Source: Desulfobacterales bacterium (lineage in GTDB: Bacteria; Desulfobacterota; Desulfobacteria; Desulfobacterales; UBA5852). From it: a stretch of DNA of 64,000 nucleotides. The DNA lies in contig CAXXVS010000003.1 in the NCBI GenBank assembly GCA_963674755.2, positions 1,056,001 through 1,120,000 on the forward strand, in the 5' to 3' direction. Shown here piece after piece: positions 49,586 to 59,482 of the stretch. Each line of letters opens with the position of its first letter. Position 1 is the first letter of the stretch. The position numbers and the translations under genes were made by a program. Under the pieces are notes generated by a model. That model was given only the letters and a program-made list of their open reading frames with translations. It searched no databases and had not been told where the DNA came from.

Positions 49586-51214
49586 CTATTTGGCCACTTT
49601 GCTGATTTTCATTTTTTTTATCCGTGAAGACAGAGTAGTTGGTTTGATACCTAGCAGTTCTGCGGCGCCATCTGTTCCGTAAACTTTCCAGCTGCATTTC
49701 CGCAAAGCGGCAATGATGTTCTGCCGCTCGCGGCGCCGCATCTCGGATTCGGGAAGGACCTCGCTGCCCGCATCATTTCCTGAATCGTGTGCCGGCGTCG
49801 TGGTCGCACGGCCGAAATCCTCATCATCGGGCAAAACGAAGTGCAACGAACCTCGCTGTGACGTAATCACGGCGCGTTCGATAACGTTTTGAAGCTCGCG
49901 TACGTTTCCGGGCCAGTGATAGCCCTGGAGCTGTTTGAGGTTGGCGGCGGAAAGTCGTTGCAGGTTCCGGTTCTCTCGCTTTTGGATCAACCCCAGGAAG
50001 TGCTCGGCCAGCAGGGGGACATCCCCCTTGCGATACCGCAGGGGGGCTACCTCGATGGGGAAAACACTCAGGCGGTAATAGAGGTCCTGGCGAAAACGCC
50101 CCCTTCCGATATCCTTTTTCAGGTTGCGGTTGGTGGCGGCGATAATCCTCACGTCCACCTGACGCGTCTTCTCCTCGCCGACACGTTCATACTGACCTTC
50201 CTGCAAGACGCGCAAGAGCTTGCTTTGCAGATCGATGGGGATTTCCCCGACTTCATCCAGAAAGAGCGTTCCGCCGTCGGCGGCTTCAAACCTCCCGGCC
50301 CGATCCTTTATGGCACCGCTGAAAGCGCCTTTGACATGGCCGAAGAATTCGCTTTCATAAAGCTCCCTGCTGATGGATGCGCAATTGACTTTGATCAGGG
50401 GACGATCATGCCGGTTGCTGCGTTTGTGGATTTCACGGGCGACAAGCTCCTTGCCCGTTCCGGACTCACCCAGGATGATCACGTTGGTTTCCGTGGGGGC
50501 TACCAGTTCGACCTGTTTCAAAACACTGTTCAGCGCCTCGCTTTCTCCGACGATGTCGCCGAAGGCGCGGGCTTCCTGCACTTCCTCCCGCAAGTAGGCG
50601 CATTCCAGTTCCATTTGCTCCTGCAGTCGCTGGATCTTTTCGAAGGCCCGGGCGTTGACGATGGCGGTGGCCGCGTGGTCGGCAATCATTCGCATCCAGA
50701 CGAGTTCTTCGCGCTTCAAGCGAATGCGCGTGAAGACGGCCAGAACACCCAGGACTTCCCCCCGGTAGAGCAGCGGCTGGCCGCCGAACCCGAGAATCCC
50801 CTCCCGGCGGGCCCACTCCGGTCTGGCGATCCATTTGGAATCCTTTTCGATAGCGTCGATATGCACGGCTTTTCCCGTGGCCGCGATCCATCCGACCTTG
50901 CGGGCTCCCAGGGGAAACCGGCTGAAATCCCCATCGAGACGGGACCAGTCCGCTTCTTGGTCTGCCAAAGGACGGCCCTGGCTGGCCATCAAGTGGAGAC
51001 AGCGCGTATTGTCGTCACAGGTCGGTTCGTGGACCGGACAGGGGCAATCTCCTTCCTGAATCAGCCATATCCGGGCCAGCGCAACGTGGGGACGATGGAC
51101 GAGTTGGCGGACGATCATTTCCAAGAGCGGGGCGACAGCATGCTCCTGGGCCATCTCCAGGAGCAGCGTCTTGAGGGATTCGTATTCCGGTTTGTAATCG
51201 CGGTCTAATTTCAT
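49586..51214 (-). CDS. Sigma54-dependent activator (GAF, AAA+, HTH; FhlA/NifA-like)
   Basis: [31 protein letters not shown] and Fis-type HTH; Cys-rich insert CPC...C...C in the GAF domain. Confidence 0.95.
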   Translation of the reverse strand: MKLDRDYKPEYESLKTLLLEMAQEHAVAPLLEMIVRQLVHRPHVALARIWLIQEGDCPCPVHEPTCDDNTRCLHLMASQGRPLADQEADWSRLDGDFSRFPLGARKVGWIAATGKAVHIDAIEKDSKWIARPEWARREGILGFGGQPLLYRGEVLGVLAVFTRIRLKREELVWMRMIADHAATAIVNARAFEKIQRLQEQMELECAYLREEVQEARAFGDIVGESEALNSVLKQVELVAPTETNVIILGESGTGKELVAREIHKRSNRHDRPLIKVNCASISRELYESEFFGHVKGAFSGAIKDRAGRFEAADGGTLFLDEVGEIPIDLQSKLLRVLQEGQYERVGEEKTRQVDVRIIAATNRNLKKDIGRGRFRQDLYYRLSVFPIEVAPLRYRKGDVPLLAEHFLGLIQKRENRNLQRLSAANLKQLQGYHWPGNVRELQNVIERAVITSQRGSLHFVLPDDEDFGRATTTPAHDSGNDAGSEVLPESEMRRRERQNIIAALRKCSWKVYGTDGAAELLGIKPTTLSSRIKKMKISKVAK

Positions 51215-51227
51215 GTGGGATAACTAA

Positions 51228-51361
51228 CCGAAATCCCGTTGTTTCGCAACGAAAATTCGTGAACAACGAGATTTCGTCGCGTTGTTTTCAGGGCCAGTAT
51301 CAAATTAAATGTTAAATAACGGATGGTTATGGATTTTGTTAGAACTGGTACGCGTTTTGTA
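51228..51361 (+). promoter_or_regulatory. Sigma54 promoter with three upstream activator sites
   Basis: CCGAAATCCCGT, ACGAAAATTCGT and ACGAGATTTCGT at 51228, 51249 and 51266; TGGTACGCGTTTTGT at 51346. Confidence 0.8.
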
Positions 51362-51448
51362 TTTGTGAAAGTCAGCGTAACCAAGCGCTCCACGATGCAA
51401 TGCAACACTAAACTGATCGACAATCCCTAAAGCGAATAGGAGACTGAC

Positions 51449-52144
51449 ATGGCACTACCGAATCCAGGAATGAAAATCGATATCGAACGAACGGCAATGG
51501 TCATCATCGATCCCCAAAACGATTTCTTGAGCCCGGAAGGTGTTACATGGGGAGTCGTTGGCGAGAGTGTAACCGAAAACAACACGGTGGAAAATATCGA
51601 AAAGCTCTTTCAGGCCGCCAAGGAAACCGGGCTGCCCGTATTTATCTCGCCCCACTACTACTACCCTTCGGATCACGGCTGGAAGTTCGAGGGCACCTTG
51701 GAAGCCTTGATGCACAACATCGGCATGTTTGACCGCAAGGACCCTTTGAGCCTCGAAGGTTTCAAGGGTTCAGGAGCTGACTGGCTCGAGCGCTACAAGA
51801 CCTACATCGAGGATGGCGCCACCGTGGTAGTGAGCCCGCACAAGGTTTATGGGCCTGAATCCAATGACCTGGTTTTGCAACTCCGTAAACGGCACATTGG
51901 CAAAGTAATTCTGGCGGGAATGTCCGCCAACCTTTGTGTCGAGTCCCATATGAGGGAACTGCTGGAGCAGGGGTTCGAGGTGGCCGTCGTCAAAGATGCC
52001 ACCGCCGCGGCCAAGCTGCCCGAGGGTGATGGCTACCAGGCTGCGCTGATCAACTTTCGCTACCTGGCCAACACGGTTTGGACCACGGCCGCAGCCGTGA
52101 CCGCCATTAAAGAAAGCGGCCGTGCAATGAGGTCGGCTGCGTAG
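51449..52144 (+). CDS. Isochorismatase/cysteine hydrolase family protein
   Basis: IIDPQNDF, SPHK and AGMSANLCVESH.R. Confidence 0.92.
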   Translation: MALPNPGMKIDIERTAMVIIDPQNDFLSPEGVTWGVVGESVTENNTVENIEKLFQAAKETGLPVFISPHYYYPSDHGWKFEGTLEALMHNIGMFDRKDPLSLEGFKGSGADWLERYKTYIEDGATVVVSPHKVYGPESNDLVLQLRKRHIGKVILAGMSANLCVESHMRELLEQGFEVAVVKDATAAAKLPEGDGYQAALINFRYLANTVWTTAAAVTAIKESGRAMRSAA

Positions 52145-52262
52145 GGATATGGCCGGCTCCGGGGCGAATGTCCCATTATTCGGTCCGGCTTTTCCGTGAC
52201 ACTGCAAAGAACGCATATGGTTTCCATAACCATAAACTATACCGATTGAAAGGATAAGGCCA

Positions 52263-52817
52263 ATGATACGCATCAAACCTGTAGACCCATCCAAGGCTCA
52301 AGGAAAAACCCGTGAGCTTTTAGAGGCTGTAAAGAAACAAATGGGTACCGTACCCAATATCTTCAAGGGCTTTGCCCATTCACCAGCGGCCCTCGAGTCC
52401 TATCTCTCTCAGAACCAAGCATTGGCAGGCGGCGTTCTTGATCCGAAGCTGCGCGAGCAGATCGCGGTGGCCATGGCCGGCCTCAACCAATGCGACTACT
52501 GCGCCTCCGCGCACACCTTTCTGGGGAAGAAAGCGGGGGTGTCCGCAGCCGAGTTGGCTGACAATCTCGACGGCCGATCAGCAGACGAGAAGACCGACAC
52601 CGCCCTGCGATTTGTCACGGCCATTGTTGAAGCACGCGGCCAAGTCGATAACGATGACCTTCGACACGTCCGCGAAGCTGGTTTCAGCGAAGCCGAAATC
52701 GTGGAAATGATCGCGCATGTCGGTCTGAACCTGTTCACCAACTATTTCAACAACGTGGCGCATACCGAGGTGGACTTCCCGCGTGTGCAAACGGCACACC
52801 AAGCCTCGGCCGCATAG
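52263..52817 (+). CDS. AhpD-like peroxidase-related (CMD family) protein
   Basis: G.VPN.F...AHSP, REQIA...N.CDYCASAH and TNYFN. Confidence 0.92.
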   Translation: MIRIKPVDPSKAQGKTRELLEAVKKQMGTVPNIFKGFAHSPAALESYLSQNQALAGGVLDPKLREQIAVAMAGLNQCDYCASAHTFLGKKAGVSAAELADNLDGRSADEKTDTALRFVTAIVEARGQVDNDDLRHVREAGFSEAEIVEMIAHVGLNLFTNYFNNVAHTEVDFPRVQTAHQASAA

Positions 52818-52893
52818 AGGGTGGTGAACATAAAATAGCGTAGATCGCTTCCCGACGTTCGATGCCAGGGGAGCACGACGCGCAAATGAATGA

Positions 52894-52926
52894 GGCCGGC
52901 CGGAAGTAACGGTTTGCCGGCCGGCC
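52894..52926 (+). terminator. GC-rich hairpin after the AhpD-like gene
   Basis: GGCCGGCCGG...CCGGCCGGCC. Confidence 0.4.
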
Positions 52927-53649
52927 CATAAACTTAGGACAGGGTTGACAGAAACCAGAAACCTTAATTCCAACTGCCGTCGGCACCAAGGACTAGTGCG
53001 ACGACGAAAAGGGGGGATGGAAATGAGCGCAATTCGAATCAACCGCAAAGACGACAATCTTGAAATTATGGCGAAGCTGCTAAACAGTGTGCAACCAACT
53101 ATGACTGCCGCATAAAATACAATTCCAGTAGTCGAAAGGTGCGGTTTGTGGGTGAAGAGGTTTACAAACCTTTCGTGATTGAAGAAACGATAAGTCTGCT
53201 TAGGTTGAAGTGATAAGCGTCGGGCGGTATCCCGCCGACAAGGTTGGCCCCTCTGGTAAACGGGCGTTTGTCCCTATAGTTGCCCGCTTTAGCCTGGGAT
53301 GCATTGCGAGCGAGCCAAGGCGGTGCCGGCCACCAGCAAAAGCTACGGAGGTGGAACCGTTGCGCAGGATGATCCAAACCTTGTCGCCGACGGTTTCGGC
53401 GATTGGAAGAGGGAACATGCCACGGCCTTAGACTTCATCGTTTTTTCCAAGGCCGGCGAGCGCTTTTCCCGCAGATCGAGATGCGGGCGACGAGGTCCAG
53501 GCGAACGCTGCATGCCTGAAACAATGGCCAGACGGCCGGAGAAGAAGCGAAGCGAATCATTTCTCTACCGGCACAATCCATCGGTGCTCGGGTGAAATTG
53601 CCTGTGCTTGAGACAATCCAAAGAGAAAAAACCCTACAGGGAGGAAGAC

Positions 53650-55401
53650 ATGCGTCTGGTATCGGTAAACGTATCCATGCCTAAGACAGTGGAGCACCTG
53701 GGTCGCAAAGTGAGTACCGGGATCTTCAAAAAGCCGGTGAACGGCCGCGTTATGGTGCGCAGGCTCAATGTGGACGGCGATGGCCAGGCGGACCTGACCG
53801 TACACGGCGGTGTCTATAAAGCCGTCTATGCCTACGCGCTTGAAAACATAGGCTACTGGCGGCAGGTTCTTGATAGAGAGGATATCGGCTATGGGCACTT
53901 CGGGGAAAATTTTACGGTTGAGGGCATGCTGGATGATCAAATTCATATCGGCGATATCTTCCGGGTCGGAGGCGCAATGCTCCAAGTCACCCAACCCCGT
54001 GTGCCCTGTTTCAAGCTCGAGATAAAGATGGATTTACCCGGATTTTCAAGGCAATTTCTCACCAGTGGCCGTCTGGGATTTTGTTTTTTGGTTCTGGAGG
54101 AGGGGGAAGTCGGCGCCGGTGACACCTTTGAACTGGTTGATAGCAATCCTGAAAAAATCTCCGTGTGGGATTTCGCCCGCCTATATTTTTTCGACTATAA
54201 CAATCATGCAAAAATTCGCCGACTCATACGCATCCCCTCCGTTCCGCCTGACTGGGTCAGCGCTTTCAAGGAGATACTGGACTCGGACGGGGAAAAGGGA
54301 AAAAGACGCAAGCCGCAGCAAAGGGCATGGAAGGGATTTCGGCCCTTTATCGTCGATAAGAAGGTTCCGGAAAGCCAGACGATCACCTCCTTTTACCTTG
54401 TTCCTGAAGATGGGCAGCCGCTGCCGGTCTACATGCCCGGCCAGTTTCTTACGTTTCGTTTGCCTATTCCTGACAGGCCCAAACCGGTCATCCGCACCTA
54501 TTCGTTATCGGAATGCCCCTGCCATGCCGAATATTACCGGGTCACCATTAAGAGAGAACCTTCGAGCCAGAGTTCGGATGTCATTTCCGGTTCTAACTTT
54601 TTCCATGATATCGTTGAACCTGGCAATCGTCTGCAAGTGGCGGCCCCTCGTGGCGATTTCTTCCTCGATCCTCAGGATGAAACCCCGGTTGTTCTGCTCA
54701 GCGGTGGCGTGGGCCTGACGCCGATGATCAGTATGCTCAATGCTATTGCAGGTTCCGGGAAAAAGAGGCCGGCCTGGTTTGTCCACGGCACACGCAACGG
54801 CATCCACCATGCCATGTGCAAACATATGCGGCAGGCCGCCGCCGAAAACGACAACATCAGCGTACACATCCGCTACAGTCAACCTCGGCCGGAAGACATC
54901 GAGGGGCGCGAGTATGACAGCATCGGCCACGTGGACCTGGACCTGTTAAAATCCCTTCTGCCCGGAAAGGACATGGACTTCTATCTTTGCGGGCCACCGC
55001 CCTTTATGAATGGCTTGCTCAAGGCGCTGTGGAATTGGGGCATACCGGAATCACGCATCCGCTTCGAGCTATTCGGCCCTGCCGCCCTTCTGCAGGAGGG
55101 TACCAGCGCCAGACGCCGCAAAAAGGAAATCGCCGCAGAGGAAAAAGCCTATGCGATCCGCTTTTCTGAGTCGGGCATTACCGCCCAATGGGACCCGGAG
55201 TATGAAAATCTGCTTGAATTTGCCGAAGACCATGGGGTGTTTCCGGAGTTTAGCTGCCGCTCCGGGATCTGTCACTCTTGCCAATACAAGATTTTGAAAG
55301 GTGAAGCCGGTTATAGTTTCGAGCCCCTGGATCCGCCTGATTCCAGCCAGGTGCTCCTTTGCTGCGCACGTCCAAGATCCGATATGGAAATCGATGCTTA
55401 A
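53650..55401 (+). CDS. MOSC (YiiM-like), FAD/NAD reductase and 2Fe-2S ferredoxin fusion
   Basis: HGG..KAVY.Y, FGENFT, QPRVPCFKL, RTYSLS, GGVGLTP, CGP and CRSGICHSC...C. Confidence 0.92.
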   Translation: MRLVSVNVSMPKTVEHLGRKVSTGIFKKPVNGRVMVRRLNVDGDGQADLTVHGGVYKAVYAYALENIGYWRQVLDREDIGYGHFGENFTVEGMLDDQIHIGDIFRVGGAMLQVTQPRVPCFKLEIKMDLPGFSRQFLTSGRLGFCFLVLEEGEVGAGDTFELVDSNPEKISVWDFARLYFFDYNNHAKIRRLIRIPSVPPDWVSAFKEILDSDGEKGKRRKPQQRAWKGFRPFIVDKKVPESQTITSFYLVPEDGQPLPVYMPGQFLTFRLPIPDRPKPVIRTYSLSECPCHAEYYRVTIKREPSSQSSDVISGSNFFHDIVEPGNRLQVAAPRGDFFLDPQDETPVVLLSGGVGLTPMISMLNAIAGSGKKRPAWFVHGTRNGIHHAMCKHMRQAAAENDNISVHIRYSQPRPEDIEGREYDSIGHVDLDLLKSLLPGKDMDFYLCGPPPFMNGLLKALWNWGIPESRIRFELFGPAALLQEGTSARRRKKEIAAEEKAYAIRFSESGITAQWDPEYENLLEFAEDHGVFPEFSCRSGICHSCQYKILKGEAGYSFEPLDPPDSSQVLLCCARPRSDMEIDA

Positions 55402-55750
55402 CGCCCAAAGCTGCGGCTATCTATTGGGTGACCTTGTCTGTTCGACCGATTCCGTTGGACACGCGATGGGCGGCCGTCCCCATCGACTGCATCAATCCCT
55501 GCCTCGCAATAGAACTATTTTGAGCGCATTGGTCGTTTTCACCGCTCGGGCCGTATCGCGCCGTCGGCATTGCTGCCGGCCGAACGAAGCTTGGCAAGCG
55601 CCACGCATTTTTTATGGCCTTCCGTGTCGAGTGCAAAAGGGCTCTCGCAATAGGGGTTTGCCTCTAACGTCCTGGGCCGCCGTTGCTCCTCGTGGCGGCC
55701 GCCTATCCTTGCAGCATTTTGCTTCCGGCTCCTGACGGGGAGATTTTCTT

Positions 55751-55968
55751 TATCGCCTTAAGACAGCGAAATTCCGCGATTTTACCACAAGATTTCGTTT
55801 TCATCGAATTTTCGTTGTTTTCGCCCTATCCCAAATACGCATGTAAATCGTGTAATAACAAGCTCTTAAGCCTTTAAGGCGCTATTGGCATGCTCCTTGT
55901 AAAACCAAGGACCAACCGCAACGCAACAAGGCGCGGACCAGTTACAAACCTCAAGTACTTCACTTAAA
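55751..55968 (+). repeat. 218-bp direct repeat, copy 2 (sigma54 enhancer-promoter module)
   Basis: Matches 44815-45032; activator sites at 55766, 55787 and 55804; TGGCATGCTCCTTGT at 55886. Confidence 0.92.
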
Positions 55969-55986
55969 ACAACACGGGAGGCAGAC

Positions 55987-56427
55987 ATGAAACCTTACGT
56001 CATCGTGCGGTCAATGCCGAATGAACGATTCGCCCAAACCATAGATGCCGGGAAGCACCGGCTCATCGCCGACAAGCAGCTGTCCTTCGGTGGTGCGGAC
56101 CGCGGTCCGGGCCCCTACGGGTTCCTGCTGGCGGCCCTGGGGGCCTGAATGTCGATTACGCTCCGCATGTATGCGGAAAGGAAAGGCTGGGCCCTGCAGG
56201 ATGTCGAAGTGCAGTTGAGCCACGCACGGATCTATGCCAAGGATTGCGAAGACTGCGAAACAAAGGACGTGATGCTCGACGAGATCCGGAGCCGGATCCG
56301 CCTGGAAGGCGATCTCGACGAGAGCCAGCGCAAGCGGCTCCTGCAGATTGCCAGGCGCTGCCCGGTTCATCGGACCCTTACGTCGGAAGTAAGCGTCCGC
56401 TCGGAGCTGATAGAAAGCGCAAGTTAA
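55987..56427 (+). CDS. OsmC/YhfA-family protein, probable selenoprotein (Sec54)
   Basis: GGGAGG RBS and ATG 55987; ...GPGPYGFLLAALGA-TGA(56146)-MSITLRMYAERKGW...RCPVHRTL in one frame; TGA at the conserved Cys position. Confidence 0.8.
56162..56177 (+). promoter_or_regulatory. Candidate bacterial SECIS element
   Basis: TCCGCA-TGTA-TGCGGA hairpin; G-containing loop begins 19 nt after the UGA. Confidence 0.65.
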
Positions 56428-56766
56428 GGTCCGGTGAAAAATCGCGTCATTCCTATCGGCATCAAATAGCTGGACCATGCTGCATCGGGCCAGGTTGCGG
56501 CTGCGTCAATCCATGGAATTATTGGGTTTCAGCTGAGAGGCATGGGGTGACTGTTCAAGGGCGGTGATCAATGACGCCAATGCGTACCGCAGGAATTCAA
56601 AATCGCTTGCGTTTCATTATTCGGGAAGTCATTGTCACCAGGGCCGCGCCATCGAAGCAGCGTTTTATTTGTCGGCGGTAATCAAGCCGTGGTATTTAAC
56701 CACCGTTTTTCTCGGGTGTATATTGAAATGGCCGTTTCCATACGACGCTATAGGGATTGCAGCTAA

Positions 56767-58737
56767 ATGGGAATCGCAACCGACATAATTCTCCTCGTTG
56801 TAACGGCATTTTTCTGTGGTTTGCTGATGCAGCGGCTTGGTCAGCCCCTCATCCTGGGTTATATTGCGGCAGGGGTTATCCTCGGGCCCCATACGGGGGG
56901 CCTCACGGTTTCGGGCATTCACGAGATAGAACTTCTTGCCGAGATCGGTATTGCCCTCCTGTTGTTTGCGCTCGGCCTCGAATTCTCTCTCAAGGACCTT
57001 AAGCCGGTCAAAATGATTGCGTTGGTGGGGACCCCGATTCAAATGGCCCTCACCGTGGGGTTGGGGTTTGGTATCGGCCATCTCATGGGGCTGGATTGGA
57101 AGCTCTCCCTCTGGCTCGGCGCCCTGATCTCGCTTTCAAGCACAATGGTGATCTTAAAAACGTTGATGAATCAGGGCTGGCTGGGGACCCTGTCCAGCAA
57201 AGTGATGATCGGGATGCTGATCGTCCAGGATTTAGCCGTCATCCCGATGATGATTATCCTTCCCCAGTTGAGCAATCCGGTGGGCGGGTTGCCGGTGCTC
57301 GGCTTTGCCGCCCTCAAGGCCGCGGGGTTCATCGCGGGAATGATTTTACTGGGAACCCGCTTGCTCCCACGGCTGATGTCCCACATTGCCAAGCTTGGTT
57401 CCAGGGAGCTTTTTCTGTTGGCGATTACCGCCATCGGGCTCGGGGTGGGATATATTACCCACCTGGCGGGTCTGAGCTTTGCCTTTGGTGCGTTCGTGGC
57501 CGGAATGGTCTTGAGCGAATCGGATTTTGGCCACCAGGCGCTTAGCGATATTGTTCCGTTGCGCGACATTTTTGGTCTGCTGTTTTTTTCTTCGGTAGGG
57601 ATGCTTTTCGACCCGGCCTTCTTAATCCGCCATTTTCAAGAAACCATGTTGCTCGTCGCAACCGTATGCATTGGCAAAGGGCTTATTTTTGCCGTAGTAT
57701 CACGGCTTTTTAATTACCGAAACGTCATCCCGCTGGCGGTTGGATTGGGCCTTTTCCAAATTGGTGAGTTCTCGTTTGTTTTAGCCCGGGTAGGGCTGTC
57801 ATCCGGTTCCATCGATAACGATTTTTACACCCTGGTTTTAACCGCAACGATCGTATCCATGGTGCTTACGCCGCTGATTTCCGGCCAAACGGCAAGAATT
57901 TATGCGCTCAAGAAACGTTGGTTCCGCCATGAACGCCTGGAATGCTGCAATATGCCCGATCACGGCTACCAAGGGCATGTCATTGTTGTGGGGGGCGGAC
58001 GCGTAGGCTTCCAGATCGCACAGATTCTGAAACGCCTGAATATAAAATTTATTATCATCGAGCTTGACCATAGACGGTTCGAACAGGCCAAGGACGCCGG
58101 CATGTCCGCAGTCTACGGCGATGCCAGCCAGGAAATCGTTCTGGAAGCTTCGGGCATCAAGGACGCGACGCTGCTCATTCTGACGTTGCCCGACCTCGTG
58201 ACGACCCGGTCCACCATTGTTAACGCCAAGCGCCTGAACGGGCAGCTTGCGATCGTAGCGCGCGCATCCGGACCGGATTTTTTTAGCGAGATGAAAGATC
58301 TGGGGGTTTCAGAGGTCGTTCTTCCCGCGTTTGAAGCGAGCCTGGAGATGACGCGCCAGTCGCTTCTCCATTTAAACGTCCCGCCAACTGAGGTTCAGCG
58401 GCACACGGATGCCCTGCGCCAGGAACTATACGCCGCTTTATTCAATTCGAATGACAGCTATCGTGTGCTTTCCCAGCTCAGGGGGGCTGAGCAGCAATTT
58501 GATCTGCAATGGATTCGATTGTCGCCAATAAGTCCGATGGCCAATCGATCCATAGGGGAGAGCGAAATACGCAAAACCACCGGTGCTTCTATCGTCGGCG
58601 TTGTTCGTGATGGACACCTGAAACCCAATCCCGATGCAAACTTTGTGTTGATGCCTGAAGATTTGATCGCGATCATTGGGGGGGATGGAAATCGAGAAGC
58701 TTTTTGTCTTGTGGCGGCCCCTGTGTTACGGGCGTAG
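56767..58737 (+). CDS. CPA2 cation:proton antiporter with TrkA-N and TrkA-C domains (KefB-like)
   Basis: [31 protein letters not shown] and YGDAS. Confidence 0.92.
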   Translation: MGIATDIILLVVTAFFCGLLMQRLGQPLILGYIAAGVILGPHTGGLTVSGIHEIELLAEIGIALLLFALGLEFSLKDLKPVKMIALVGTPIQMALTVGLGFGIGHLMGLDWKLSLWLGALISLSSTMVILKTLMNQGWLGTLSSKVMIGMLIVQDLAVIPMMIILPQLSNPVGGLPVLGFAALKAAGFIAGMILLGTRLLPRLMSHIAKLGSRELFLLAITAIGLGVGYITHLAGLSFAFGAFVAGMVLSESDFGHQALSDIVPLRDIFGLLFFSSVGMLFDPAFLIRHFQETMLLVATVCIGKGLIFAVVSRLFNYRNVIPLAVGLGLFQIGEFSFVLARVGLSSGSIDNDFYTLVLTATIVSMVLTPLISGQTARIYALKKRWFRHERLECCNMPDHGYQGHVIVVGGGRVGFQIAQILKRLNIKFIIIELDHRRFEQAKDAGMSAVYGDASQEIVLEASGIKDATLLILTLPDLVTTRSTIVNAKRLNGQLAIVARASGPDFFSEMKDLGVSEVVLPAFEASLEMTRQSLLHLNVPPTEVQRHTDALRQELYAALFNSNDSYRVLSQLRGAEQQFDLQWIRLSPISPMANRSIGESEIRKTTGASIVGVVRDGHLKPNPDANFVLMPEDLIAIIGGDGNREAFCLVAAPVLRA

Positions 58738-58767
58738 CGTCTATCAAATCGTCTGTCTGGCAATTTT

Positions 58768-59331
58768 TTATTTCTCCGTAATGATTTCAACATCGCCTAT
58801 CAACTTTCCTAATTTCATCATCCCGCGAGACATGCCCACATTGAATCCAAAGAGCGTCGTCTGAATCAATTCGGTTATATAACCGAACTGGTCAATCGTA
58901 TCAAAATAGGCAAACCGGGTAATGGCCTTCCCTTTGGTTTCCAGGGTGCCCTGTTGAATGAGCTGGAGTCCAGCCTTTTTAAAGCTTTCGATACGGTTGG
59001 AAATTTTGGAAACGACAAATCCGATGTGGTGGATCCCATGGCCATGGGTGTTGAGCAAATCCGTATAGATATTGGTATCACCACGGATGACGTGAATCAG
59101 TTCAAACTGAAGGCTTCCGCTGTAGCCCACGGCAATGTCCAGTTCAAGGTCGATGGGCTTGCCGCCGTAGTGAATATCGCTCCGGACGATTTTGGCGCGG
59201 TACCAGGGGCGGATGTTCAGCATGGGAGAATAATAGCCAATCGCCTGGTGGATATCTTTGACGACGATGCCCAACTGTCCCATGGCCGGCAAATCCAATT
59301 GCTTGATGGTCGAAGTATCGATTTTTTTCAT
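58768..59331 (-). CDS. VOC/glyoxalase family protein (methylmalonyl-CoA epimerase-like)
   Basis: QLGIVVKDI, QFELI, GIHHIGF and ..TELI. Confidence 0.85.
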   Translation of the reverse strand: MKKIDTSTIKQLDLPAMGQLGIVVKDIHQAIGYYSPMLNIRPWYRAKIVRSDIHYGGKPIDLELDIAVGYSGSLQFELIHVIRGDTNIYTDLLNTHGHGIHHIGFVVSKISNRIESFKKAGLQLIQQGTLETKGKAITRFAYFDTIDQFGYITELIQTTLFGFNVGMSRGMMKLGKLIGDVEIITEK

Positions 59332-59482
59332 GAATAGGCCGCCACCAGATTCTCGGCCATGATTTTGGTGTCGCAGTAGATGAGGACTTTCATATTGAAT
59401 CCTGTCTTCAACATCCTGTTGGTTTGCAGAGTAAAGACTGGAACGCATCCGTTAGCGTGCTGAATCCCGGCTTGTTTTTCGA

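Noticed and set aside
49889..51208. Long antisense ORFs (this 439-aa one and others such as 7216-8163, 11674-12648, 26483-27457, 59666-60826)
   Set aside because: Shadow frames of well-supported genes in GC-rich DNA
52934..52950. TTAGGACAGGGTTGACA as an IS end or -35 box
   Set aside because: No partner repeat, transposase or properly spaced -10 found
53130..53600. Group II intron remnant (GTGCG near 53138)
   Set aside because: No domain V consensus and no RT ORF seen
44815..55968. The 218-bp repeats as IS ends, att sites or a composite transposon
   Set aside because: No transposase or integrase between them and no terminal inverted repeats; the content is explained as enhancer plus sigma54 promoter
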